A stretch of 64,000 nt of DNA from Psilocybe cubensis (lineage: Eukaryota), in assembly GCA_017499595.2 (NCBI GenBank), contig CM039002.1:1426001-1490000 (forward strand), in the 5' to 3' direction. The stretch's first letter is position 1. Every line of letters starts with the position of its first letter. The notes under the pieces were generated by a model. It was not told the origin of the DNA. It did no database searches and worked only from the letters and a program-made list of their open reading frames with translations. Made by a program: the position numbers and the translations under genes. Shown piece after piece: positions 25,937-38,003 of the stretch.

Positions 25937-27408
25937 CTAAAATAGAGATGGGACGAAACTGTAATACGGGTTAGTTACGACTTTGTCGGAAGTTGATATC
26001 ACTTACACCGCCCCCAGGCCTACAACGAAGGCTGCAACACCCCAAGCAACTGATTTTCCTCTCGGTTCCAGATTAAAGCGACCCACACGTCGATTGGTAG
26101 CAATTACCCGCTCCTCTGTCTCGGGCTCTTTAAATTCAAACTTCAATGTTGCTGCCTCATCTTCTCGCTCTCTTTTCTTGGTCGATGATTCCTCTACAGT
26201 TTCCACAGTGGTTGCATCGTCTCCAATTGAGGATTTAGCCGCATCCCTCTGCGCCTTCAGGTCTTGGATAAGCTTTTTCTGCTCCTTTACATCTTCCTCA
26301 TGTAGTTTCGAACCAGCAATACCATCCTCCACCAATTGGTTCTCTTCCTCTACGGTATTAAGATCGGAGTCACCACCTGGGGTTGGTAATGAATTCGACG
26401 CAACAGCCTCCTTCTTCGCCGATGAACGGGTTACCTTGGGGGTGCGGATTGAGGTAAGGGCTACGGGGGTAGCAGTCGATCGCGGAGCAGGGCTCTTCGT
26501 CCGTGCAGACCTCCTGGGAGTCGCAACCGCAATTTTCGAAGGCGCAGGTGAGCCCCGTGATGGAGGTTTACTGCTCTGCGGTGTGGGAACGGGCGACGAT
26601 TCCTTCCGGCGCTTACTGGGGGGCAGGACGGCTGTGGGTGAGGGTGTAGGAAGCGTTTTGGATGCAGAAGGTGGCTTTGGAGAAGCGACTACAGGCGCAG
26701 ACTCTTGTCGTGGGGGCTCCTGATGAATGGGAGGAATGTTTGCGCCGGTGACATGATTCGACGGTGCTGTCGCTGCACCCTTGCCAGACCTCCTATAGGA
26801 TCCATTTGGATCGGGAGTCGCCTCCACGACGGCCTTGATGAGCTTCCCCAAAGAGTATGTTTGTCCTAGCTCCAGTGCAATCTCTGTGCTGACCCATGTT
26901 CCAGCGAGACGGGTGATCTGCGGCTCCTTGGTAGAGCCATTATTCCCACTTAGGTCATAGTTATCTCTAACCCATTGAATTTCTATCCTCTCGTCATTGT
27001 CAGAGGCATTGGGAAACGCGGCACGGAACATGGTTGTCAAGCTGACAGCCCCAGTGTCGAACCTGCGTAGAATGAAGGCATGGCCGGTGTCCTAAGAACC
27101 GTTGAGTCGTCAATTCGATGAAATTAGGGAAAGAATTGGCCGTGGCATACAGTGGGGGTTTCAATCTTCAGTCGTCCGACCTGCGATGCGCCATCATTAA
27201 TCCAAACGGTTGGGGTATCAACGAAAAGTGTACATACAAGGATGTCTTTCCCTTGGCAGTTGAGTATCTGGTACTTGACCGGGGGAGTATTTGGAGCAGC
27301 CACTATGGGGAAATAAGCGCAAATTGCATTTTATAACAACAAGAACGCACAATGATCTTGCAATCTCGGGTTCGCGAATCGGAGGGGCAACGGTGGACGG
27401 GCGACCAT
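25937..27408 (-). CDS. bqt4: APSES/KilA-N domain inner-nuclear-membrane protein, Bqt4-like
   Basis: ILRRFDTGAVSLTTMFRAAFP and RLAGTWVSTEIALELG (APSES-like domain), a disordered linker, and a single C-terminal TM helix VAWGVAAFVVGLGAV. Confidence 0.75.
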
Positions 27409-27591
27409 GATAGTGGTGGATGAAAAGTGAATTCAAATTAAGAGGTGCGTGCTGTCCGTGATCAAGGCGATGTGTCAACATATCAAAACACAATCTCGCG
27501 TCGTTCCCACGGTCTATGCATTAAACAATGAAATTACAATTTTAGTCCAGTTTTGTTGTACATGGATTCTACGTTTATCTATTTCATGCTC

Positions 27592-30500
27592 TCATATCCC
27601 AGACAATTCTACTGAATCCTTGGGCAGACCCAGGAACTGAGGCTTTCCTGCCAGCTGCTCAACCAAATCCGTAGCATTTCCCCACCAACTTTTTTTGCCC
27701 CGACGATTTGCCATGTCTGCGTGCTTGACCATCTCCTGAGCAGGAACCCACGCGATATCACTTTGCTGAATAGTTATCACTGCTGCTGTATTGGGACCAG
27801 CTTGACGAGATTTATGTGGCTTTTGCGACAGAATTTCATGATGCTCTTCCAGGAATTTCATACACCGGAGCGACAGGCGTGCAGCGCGTGCGCGATCCAT
27901 AGGCGAAGGTACACCGCCTTGCAGTGTGTGCCCCAGAGATGCTGATCTCGCGTCAAATAGGGAGCCGCCTTCCTCAATAAGCATCTTGGTTAGTACTGAG
28001 GTCGTGTACACTTTTGAAGCTGCTTCGGTCCTATATACAGTCATTAGAAATGATAGAATAAACCAACTGTAGTACTTACCGGATGACAAGACGGCCTTCA
28101 CTCTTTCCTGGCACATCTAGGCTGTATCTTCTCTTCAAGAATCGGATATCTCTTCTCAGCATATCGAGGGTCATACCACCCTCAGGAGTGTAAACCAAAC
28201 TTGCTCCGACCTATTTACACATTAGCTATAATTGGACGCAAATGCATGAGATACATACAGCAAGGGCACCCATAGTTGCAATGTACCCGCATTGTCCTCC
28301 TTGTGTCTCTACCACGAACACTCGATCTCTGCTTGCACTGGCGCTCTGTTTGATAGCATCACAAGCATCGACAAGAGCATTCAAACTTGTGTCGCTTCCA
28401 AGACTGTGTTCGGTCAAAGGCACATTATTGCTGATAGTAGCTGGCAAATGCGCCATTGGGATATGGAATGCAGGATAGTGCTTGCGCGCATCATCCAGCA
28501 TTAACAATGCATTGAAGGCCTCAAATCCTCCAATCATGAGAAGGCCGTCAAAGGCGTATTCTTGGAATTTTGATGCAATTCCCCCCATGTCGACTGAAGG
28601 TAAGGCGCGGTTGGTTCCTAATTCAGAACCACCACGAGCTGCCCAAGCATCAACACCGAGCCACGACAATTCATCAACATTATCGTCCAACAAGCCACGG
28701 AAACCATTGTGGACGGCAAGAGGGGTATGGCCTTGTTTTATGCAATAGCGAACTGCAGCCCTTGTAGCAGCGTTCATCCCACCTGCAGGCGCACCCATAC
28801 TGAAGAATAATGTTAGCATGGTTGGCAAAATTGTTCATAAGAACTTCTTACTGAATGATGCCTACACGCATCCTCTACGAAGTGTGTCAGAAAACTTCAA
28901 AAAGTCTTTTTATATGATCCTAACCTTGGCCTTTGGTAATTTTTCTGCCTCAGAATTATACGAAGAACACCCTCGGAAGCCATGCAACATTTCCAAGAAT
29001 TCAGGACCACGGAGGGACAACGCCTTATCAAACTCTTTATCCTTCAAAGCTTTTCCAATGGCCCTGGTCTATAATAGTCGATTAAGCACATTTATGAATA
29101 TATCGGCATAGCTGAACCACGAACCGCGGAGACTGCGTCCATCAATGGCACACGGGTGATTTTATTCTCTTGCACTCCAATCATGTAAGTAGGTGTACTC
29201 GGCTCCGCTTCCAGAAGCGCTTCGACGGCCTCTACACCTTGTACTGTGGGCTATTCTGAAATCAATTGACGAAAGGACCGGCAAGGAAAGCAGAAATTTA
29301 CCAAAATTCTATCGAAAGCGCATGGCCGTCCACCTCGTTGGGTGTGTCCCAATGTAGTGACACGAGTATCAAGTCCAAGGCGGTCTGTGAGAATGTCCTT
29401 GATGTAATCTGCGCGAATTGGGTTCAATTCCCTATCATGAGCCCCCTCCGCGACAATGACAATTGTCTTGCGCTTGCCCAGGGAACGATGCTAAGAAACT
29501 AAGGTAAATATTTGATCAATAAAAATCGAAAAGAATAGGCTAACGCGGTGGATCTCTGCGCACATCGCGTCCTCCCAAGGCATCGTTGTCGGCGGCTTTT
29601 CGGGAATGAAGATAAAGTCGGCGCCACCGCTTAGGAACAAGTGATTGAGAGATAACACTTGGGAGACTGTACGTAACTGGGAACTCACGCAACACCCGCC
29701 ATAAGAGCAAGCCAACCACAATCACGACCCATGACTTCGACGACGAAGGCGCGCGAATGACTATACGCCGTAGAGTTGATATTATCGATAGCCTCGCAAA
29801 TGCGTTGAAGAGCTGTGGGTGCGCCGATGGTGAGGTCTGTCATAGCCATATCGTTATCGATGGAACCGACGAGTCCAACAAGTTTTAGATGCGAATGATT
29901 CTTGAGTTGTGCATCGGTGATTCTTTCTGCGAATTGCTGGTCAGATAATCTGCGCGACTTCAGTGAAACAAATAACATACTTTCTGAGTGAAGGGTTTGA
30001 ATGAGGTCTGGCCATTCTGACCTGAACAGGTCGGCTCCGGTAAGAGAACCGTCACCACCACAAACGACAAGCGCGTCAATTCCCTCTTTGACGAGATTGT
30101 ATGCGGCCGCTAAGCGCCCTTCAGGGGTTCTGAATGCAGCCGAGCGAGCTGTGCCAATGAGAGTTCCACCCTGTCATGATAAGGCATATCGCCAGTCAAA
30201 TTTCCGATGTCCAGCAAAGGACCCAGGTTGACGCACCTCGGAAAACCAGCCTCGCACATCGTCCCACCCAACGCGGACGATGTACCTCCCCTTGAGCGTC
30301 CGCCCGCCAACATACTCGCTTGTACCATCTCTCAGAAGTTCACCGTCACCAAAGCGGAGATTGTGCAACAAGTTTTTGTCCGGTTCATGAGAAGTGATAT
30401 CTATAGATTGCGCGAGTTCTTTGTCGACCGCCGCAACGGCGTTGGCGTTTACTTCCTGTCCGACCTTTTCTGCGCGATCTTCATTTCCATTTACAAGACC

Positions 30501-30684
30501 TTCGTATCCCTCGCGGACGATCCACATCTCGCATCCCCTAGAGCGACCATGCAAAGTCAAAAAAGACTCAAGGAATTCAGAGAACATAGGAAACATACTT
30601 GAGGATACCCCACTTGACAATTGCTCGCACTGCGGCGTTCATGCCGGCGCTGTCGCCTCCCGAGGTGAGGATGGCAATCTTCAT
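27592..30684 (-). CDS. pfkA: ATP-dependent 6-phosphofructokinase (eukaryotic two-half type)
   Basis: [74 protein letters not shown]. An upstream coding exon cannot be excluded. Confidence 0.96.
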
Positions 30685-31925
30685 GGCGTGTTGGGTAGAA
30701 TGTAGTTGAGAATACTCTAAGAAAGAAAGAGTGAGGATAAGGAAGAAATGAAAGAACCCGAGGTTGAGCGATTCTCGAACTCGGTATGAAACAAATCTGA
30801 TATGCGTCGCGTCGAAAGGTGGAGATACGTCACACGTGCACTAACCTAGATTTCTATACTGCCATCTAATTGGGTGGCGGTGGGTAGCCTCGAACACTTG
30901 GTATTATAAACAACTTTACCCTAGGTTGCGCTAGGCTAGTACCTACATCAACAGTTGTAAGAATACTCTGGCCCAGGCGCAGGTCTACGTCTTTCACGAC
31001 CTCACTGAGATGGCCTTGGGTCCTCTGCCAGCTGCCGACAAGCGCTTATGGAGACGAAATAATAGGAAAAGCAGACATTTGGTGTGCCCTCATACACTCG
31101 TGATTTCGGAATGAACGAGATATGCGTCCTCCACGGAAGAAGATAAGGAAAGAGAGGGGATAGATCGCTCGAGTTGGCAATGGAGACATAAGCTGCAAAT
31201 AAATCACCGGAACTTGAACGTGGCCCTCGTCGGCGTGAGAGAAACTCATGAACGACGCCTCAGCTGACAGATGCTATAGATGCAGACCAGCATCCATCGA
31301 GCCTCCACGACTCCGGGACATCGTTCTTCATTGCTGAATAGACATCTGCCCTGGACTGTGACATGGACACTGCAGCCACCAATCATGGACACTCCAACCA
31401 CCGACCATGTTCGAGAACCATCGCAGTCTGTTGGTGAGAGAAAAAGACCATTGCAAGCAACAAAGTGACGGATAAACGGACGGTGTGCACTGTGCAAACA
31501 TGTCTGTGAGAGACAACAGGGGGGATTGGCGCTCCGGAGAAGTTGCCGACGAGCCGAATTATGATCGGGGTCCAAGAGATCCGTTTTGTCGTCTTGTTCT
31601 CGTACAATTAACCATGGACGCCTCTCCCAAACTTTTCTCTATATCACTCACGACACCTTTTTGAATGGCTTTGGATACATGTACCTCTTGCTAAACTATA
31701 TCTGTAAGTATCTCCGTCTATACGGGGCTACCGTGGGCATCTCCAGATCCACCACTTATCATATCTCGCACAGTATACCACATAGGTTCCTGATCTTTTC
31801 TCGAGAGGTCCGTCTGCTTACACCACCTCGTGTGTGTCTTCGAGCGAGGCTGTCAAACATACCGGCTGCGCTCTCTTTAAATACCCAACCCACCACTTCT
31901 TTATTTCTTTTCCCTCCATTCTTCT

Positions 31926-33578
31926 ATGGCGACCTCTTCGAGCACTGCACGTAAACCAACGACGAGGAGAGCGCGCACCCAACCCAAGCCATGTTCTTTC
32001 GCCCATCCAGGCATACCAAATAGGCCAGTCGATGCAAATGTGAAAGAACGGAGTCGCCGTACACAAGGTCATGATGCCACTGTCCTGCCACAGTACTCCT
32101 CGCCGTCACACTCCCCATCCTACATTTGCATTCTTCCACCGGAGATACTGGCGGAGATCTTTGCATACTGTATACCCACAGAACAGTTTCCCATCCCATC
32201 CCGAACGGAAGCCCCCCTCCTCCTGACGCACGTATCTTCTTTCTGGCGGTCTGTGGCCATTTCCACCCCAGATCTTTGGTCATCATTCCACATCAACTAT
32301 AAAGACCCCACTGAGGATATCGCTCTCGCCAACTTATGGCTTTCCCGTTCCCTCAATAAACGACTTTCCATCTCCATTGCTGTTGATTTTGGAGAGCAGC
32401 CTCAGCAAGCTATACTCGATGCGTTGTGCAGGCATGCGAAACGCTGGAAACATGTTCGCTTCGACTTCCGTCATCTTCTCTGCCCACCCATGTATTCTCT
32501 GGACCTGGCTCAAGGTAATGTACCAGAATTGACAACCTTCGAGTTCCATGCCAGGGATATCAGTAATACCAACATCTCCCCCATAACCCATTTACTCTCC
32601 TCAGCCCCCCAAATCCGCGAACTATCATGGGTGGATGATTTGGCAGACATGGAAACACTTCTAGAGCTGCCTCTCAGTCGGATATCTCGCTTATCACTAT
32701 CGATGGAGCATGGTACACTCGACTATCTCAAAGTCTTGAACGAATGCCCCAACCTCGAGCACATCAGAATCACGAAGCCCCTTCTCCAAACTACACACCA
32801 ATCCCCTTTATTCCTCTCCAAATTGTCATCTTTGAATATATCCTCAGACCTCACCGGTATCCTCGACCACCTCATCCTCCCTGCACTTCGAGAGGTCCGA
32901 ATCTATTCAGCAGACAACGAAAAGCACGCCCAGCCCCACTCGCCTTTGCATCATGCCTCGCCTCATGTCCAGCCTCACTCCTCTCCCGTCTCGTCGACCA
33001 CGGAGACATGGGACCCCACGGCGTTCTTGAGCCTTGTTGATAGATCGGCCTGCGCCATCACCAGTCTCTCGGTCACACCCCCGATGTCAGAGGTCGCACT
33101 CTTGATGTGCCTGCCCCGGATGAGTGCCTCGTTGGTCAAGTTGTCAATTGAAGGTGTGGCCATCGGCGATACGCTATTGGGGTGCCTCACCCGCCCTTCC
33201 ACTTCTAGTCGAAGAAGGGACTCCAATGCCGTCACTCATGTCGGCTCCGCCTCAGCACATGGAGATTTTCTGTGTCCATTGCTCACTGATATTAATTTGG
33301 ACACACGCATTGTTTGCTCACCTGGTGTTCTGGCGGGTATGGTTAGGTCAAGGATGAACGTAAGCGAGTGCAACGTGCATAGTAACGTGAGCTGGACTCG
33401 TATGAGAAAACTGCGGGTAGCGGATGGCCACAATGACATAGAAATGTTGAAGGAGCTAAGTCGGGAATCACACACTTCTGCGACGTCTAGTCTGGTCCTT
33501 GATATCATCCCGAAGAAGCCTAACAGGATGCGGAACAGGCACTATTTCTTCAGGAGGAAGTTATGTGCCAGTCGATGA
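31926..33578 (+). CDS. F-box / RNI-like (LRR) protein, single exon
   Basis: ICILPPEILAEIFAYC...PLLLTHVSSFWRSVAISTPDLWS F-box, followed by LRR-like repeats (LPALREVRI, CPNLEHIRI). Confidence 0.88.
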   Translation: MATSSSTARKPTTRRARTQPKPCSFAHPGIPNRPVDANVKERSRRTQGHDATVLPQYSSPSHSPSYICILPPEILAEIFAYCIPTEQFPIPSRTEAPLLLTHVSSFWRSVAISTPDLWSSFHINYKDPTEDIALANLWLSRSLNKRLSISIAVDFGEQPQQAILDALCRHAKRWKHVRFDFRHLLCPPMYSLDLAQGNVPELTTFEFHARDISNTNISPITHLLSSAPQIRELSWVDDLADMETLLELPLSRISRLSLSMEHGTLDYLKVLNECPNLEHIRITKPLLQTTHQSPLFLSKLSSLNISSDLTGILDHLILPALREVRIYSADNEKHAQPHSPLHHASPHVQPHSSPVSSTTETWDPTAFLSLVDRSACAITSLSVTPPMSEVALLMCLPRMSASLVKLSIEGVAIGDTLLGCLTRPSTSSRRRDSNAVTHVGSASAHGDFLCPLLTDINLDTRIVCSPGVLAGMVRSRMNVSECNVHSNVSWTRMRKLRVADGHNDIEMLKELSRESHTSATSSLVLDIIPKKPNRMRNRHYFFRRKLCASR

Positions 33579-34056
33579 AGACCAGTTTGTGACGTCAGCG
33601 GGGACATGTGTACCTCTCGTCTTAGTCTCTTCGAATCGATTTATTCGAAGGACAAACGACGGATTCGGATACATATAGGCTTTTTGTGGAATTCTTCCTA
33701 TATCTTGCTTTTGTATATCCACTTTTTGTTTTAATCGTGCTTGCATCTGGCTTTCATATACCTTTTCATTGACTTGTTTTGTTTTGATTCCCCTAATACT
33801 TAATCATACATAGTTTTGTGTTTTTTAGATGGACTGTTTTACAGATTTCTTACAACCTAATAAGATACAAACGGTCAAAACTTATACATCTAAACTATCT
33901 CGAATTCTTTTCCTATTTATTTCGCTCAAAGCACCAAGGGTATGTATGGTTTGGCACGCGTAAATATTGGTACACGTGATCAATTAGGGGTTGACGTGAC
34001 CCATTAAACCTATTATCCTCTTTCTTTCTTCAACTCTTCATTCTCAACTGCGTCCC

Positions 34057-35999
34057 ATGGTACACCTGCGCCTTAACGAGAAGGAAACCAATCCGAATCC
34101 TCATATTAACTTTATAACTGCATTAAAAGCAGACGCAGATGACGAAGAAAGTGCGCGTCAGCTTTTGCGCGCTTTGGCTGCACAAGTCAGACCAGTTATG
34201 AAGGCTCATGGTTTTGCTGTAAACAGCTTTGAGGAGGTTTGATAATCTTTCATCAGGCTCACATTGATACGTTCTTATACAGTCCTTTGATGACCGCAGT
34301 ACGAATATAACAGTGTATTTGCTGGCCGGAATTGGAATAATGGGGAGACAGTCGGTGCGTTTGACATATTCTGCTCCATATATCACGAAGTTAATTGGTA
34401 CCCATAGAACTCGTGTTGAGACGACCTGATGGATCCTTTTATCCCACTTACTGGTTAATGAGTACGCTATGCCACGAAGTCCGTCATTTTCAGAACCTTG
34501 CATGGGATTGGAAATGCTTATAAGCTGTATCAAAGTAGCTTGCACATATCAAGGTGCGTTTCGAATATCCACCATATATACCCATTCTAAATGTGTTTTG
34601 GTTCAAGCATATGAATCATGGCCCTGCTTTTCAAGCTCTGTGGTCTCGTCTTCGTGCCGAGGTTCGTCAATTGCAAGACAGAGGATATTACGGGGACGGT
34701 ATGCTCGTATTTTTGCGTCATACAGACATCATTATAATTTATCAATGGTGGCACAGGATACTGGTCCTCTGGGCAAAGGCTCCGCGACTCTGCTCGGGTA
34801 GGCGAAGACGGGATCAACCCAGGGGATATCCCTGAATACCTAGTTCGCAAATCTCATTTGGTTGTTAACAAACTGTTTTCCAATAATACTTGTGTAGTGC
34901 GGCGGTGCCCAATCTCGTACCAAACCTACGGCGCGACGCCGACGCCAGACGACTAGGGGAAAGCGGAGGGAGGTTGTACCCTCTCTCCATACCGGTGCAC
35001 AAACTGCGAAGAAGAGAAAGTCTGGAGCACGAGTCACATCGAAATACGCTTTCACTGGTGAAGGGACATCTCTGGGAAACGAGGGCGTTGGCACTGGCTT
35101 TAGGAAGCAAGCAGCCAGGTAACGTAATTGGTTACTGTAAAATTTGGTTTATCTTTAACATATGTAAATTGATACAGCAAACGGGCCCGGGAGGAGAGAG
35201 CACTGGCTGCTGAACGCAGGCTTCTGGCTCTGCAAACCGCTGCATCAGGTTTGTTTAACATACCTTTCTACTTCTAAATTTATTTAAATGATCTACAGGC
35301 ACATCTACCAAATCTGCTGAAGAAGAATTGGCAGACGACGATGACTCAGATGACGAAGTGGAATTCGTACCAGAAACGGATGCAGAACGAAGACAAGCCA
35401 TCAAAGAAGCTGACGAGGACAGCAACAATCTAAAACTAGGCCCTGGATTTTCGTGGACTCAGTTCAAAGATGACTTCAATTTCAATGCAGCAAGCAAGCC
35501 AAGCGGATCTAAGCTTCCCTTCCCTGATATTATTGATATTTCATCAGACGACGAGGATACTGGACGAGCATGCGATGTACCTGTTGCCTCTGGGTCTACA
35601 TTCACATCTGGATCCCTTCGTGGTGATAGCAAATCCAACAAAGGCAAGGGCAGGGCGGAAATGGGTTTGAACAACTTAGTTCAAAGCGAGATTAAGCTGC
35701 GGAAACAGGAGTCTCTCGGGATGGCGCCCGTGAAAGGGGGAGGTAGGAAGGTGGGCGGCTCGAAATCCGGACCACAAAAGTCCGGTGGTAGGTTTGAACA
35801 GGAAAGGAAACCTCCAGAGGAAGTGGTGTCGATTGCGGGTGCATGGAGTTGTCTTGCCTGCACCCTGTGAGTTTTGACATGAAGTATATATTTTGACTAT
35901 TTGCTGATCATTTGGAACAGAGAAAATGCGCCAGATCACCTTGCCTGTGGTGCGTGTGCCACGCCTCGTAATGAAGTATGGAGGGATCGCGGTCATTAG
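34057..35999 (+). CDS. WSS1: WLM-domain metalloprotease (Wss1-like) with C-terminal RanBP2-type zinc finger
   Basis: VRPVMKAHGFAVNSFEE, FAGRNWNNGE, spliced STLCHELAHIKHMNHGPAF (HExxH), WSCLACTLENAPDHLACGACATPR. Confidence 0.9.
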
Positions 36000-36917
36000 G
36001 GCTGAACAAGTTTAGAAAGCATTGTTTGTGGAGTTTGGATAAACTATCAATCAAGTGATCAAAAATATTGAAACGCAAAAATAATTTCTGTTTCTAAAGT
36101 CAGAACAGTCGGGCAAGAAGGGATAGTCAGCGGAAAATCGGAGAGCCTTGATGATATCCCTTATTCGCTCAAGGAATCATCATGATACAACACAAGACGA
36201 GAGACGACACCTTGATCCACATCAAGGCAACTGTATAAAAAGGTAACATTTCCCACTGACTTCATTGAGCCAGTCATGATACTTGAGCATCGGGCAGCAT
36301 CGCCCGCATGCAACTGTTGACCTTGTTTCTGTAACCATGTCTCTCTCCACGAGAACCGCCAAGAAAGAATAAATTCCCTTTTTCTTTGGCCTCAAGATGT
36401 TCATACAAGAAAGAATGGCAAACATAGTATACATGTGCAGCCCTTCCAAGTTCAAGGTTGACAGGCGCGCTCCTCTAACAATTCATATTGCTTACAATCG
36501 CAAGAAACGATGAGCGAATTGAATTGTAGAGAAAGGGTATATTTAAGTGAAGATGGATAATGATAATTGTTAAAACAACATCGATAGTAGCACACTGATA
36601 CATGTTGTAGCATAGGTGAGTTGCAGGCAGATGGGAATGGAGATTATCCAGCTCGGAGTCGAGAAAAAATCTCAACGTCCCCACAAGACAGCAAGATCAC
36701 CCTGTGGAAAGAAAGGAAGGTCTCCAGAGATCTGAATTGAATAGAATAAAGAAAGAAACGAAACAAAAACCAAATCCCACATATCGGTGCAACCTCCGTT
36801 AAAAAAGGACATCGTATGATCCGTAAAAAAGGAAGAAGGAACAGCGAAAGGCTGTTTACACGCGGCGCCACCCTATGGTCATTGGGGGGCGACATTTGGC
36901 CGGAGAGGGGGTATCAT

Positions 36918-37727
36918 TTACAGCATGGTGAATGCCGCAACCAATCCGGCGAGGGCAAGAAGGGGAGTGGTGGCTTGGCTGGTAGAAATGGCACCACTCG
37001 AGAATGGGTTTGTGCCTGCATTGGCGGCTCCGACAGGGGCTGCGAGACCAGTGGATGAGGAATCGCTGGAGTCGGTGCCAGAAGCAATGCTACAAGGAAA
37101 GAAAAAAGAGTCAGCCCCTGGTCTATTACGTGGGATAAGTTGCCCGTACCTCGAAGAAGCGGGGGTTGCAGATGGTTTCACAGATGAGGAAGCGGAACCG
37201 GCCAAGTTGGTAGACAAACAAGAAGCGTCCGTGGAGGCACCGACGGTGATCTAGCCTACGTGTCAATACATGGGAGCAGTTCAAATTCACAATTTGACAC
37301 GAACATTCTTGCTCCAGGCTTCTTGGTCGTTAGCGTCTACCAACGAGAGTTGAACCACGGTTCCAGCTTTGATTTTGGCAGGCCAGTCAAGGAAGGTCTT
37401 GTTGAAATCACCGAGGTCGACCCTGAAAAGGAGCAAATAGTTCAGTAAGACGCTTCCACGCGGCGGGTGAAGCGTGTACATACAAAGCATCTCCACATGG
37501 GTCAGAGGCCTTGACAATGATGAGGTTGTAAGGCGCCTTGGTGGGCTCCCAAGAGATACGGGAAGTCTTGCACTGGAGAAAGAGAGAAACGGAGTCAGAG
37601 AGAAAAACTACGCGTAAGAACAATGGAATACCTGAACAAGATTGGGGCTGTTGATGGCGAAATCAGCAAAGACGCCTTGGATGGCGGGGGCAACAAAGAG
37701 AGCGACAGTAAGGAGTGTGGAGAACAT
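36918..37727 (-). CDS. Small secreted Ser/Thr-rich, probably GPI-anchored cell-wall protein (5 exons)
   Basis: Signal peptide MFSTLLTVALFVAPAIQGVFA, a small Cys-containing beta domain, a Ser-rich linker and a hydrophobic tail PLLALAGLVAAFTML. Confidence 0.85.
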
Positions 37728-38003
37728 TCTGTTTATTTGCAGCCACGGAGCGGGGTTAAAAGAAAGTAGGGGTAGAGGATGGGCGGAGGAGGAGGCGTTG
37801 AGGACGTTGGTAGGAAGAAAGATTTGAGCAACCGTTCTGCAGGCACGCTCTCTACAAACATTACATAACAAACCTTTCACACCCCAATTCAGCCGACTAC
37901 GGTAACCATTAAGAACAATGCATCACCCATCAACAACTTGGCATTATTTATTCCACCTGACAGTCTGCATAAAGATACATAGAATAACGTGTCCCTAACT
38001 CTC

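Noticed and set aside
25983..26723. 246-aa plus-strand ORF (similarly 46961-47743 and 47792-48268)
   Set aside because: Antisense shadows of Pro/Ser/Thr-rich real genes, with no independent coding features.
36100..36184. Minus-strand ATGATGA...CTGA...CTGA resembling a box C/D snoRNA
   Set aside because: No terminal stem, no C' box and no rRNA complementarity I could recognise. It would need snoScan or Infernal.
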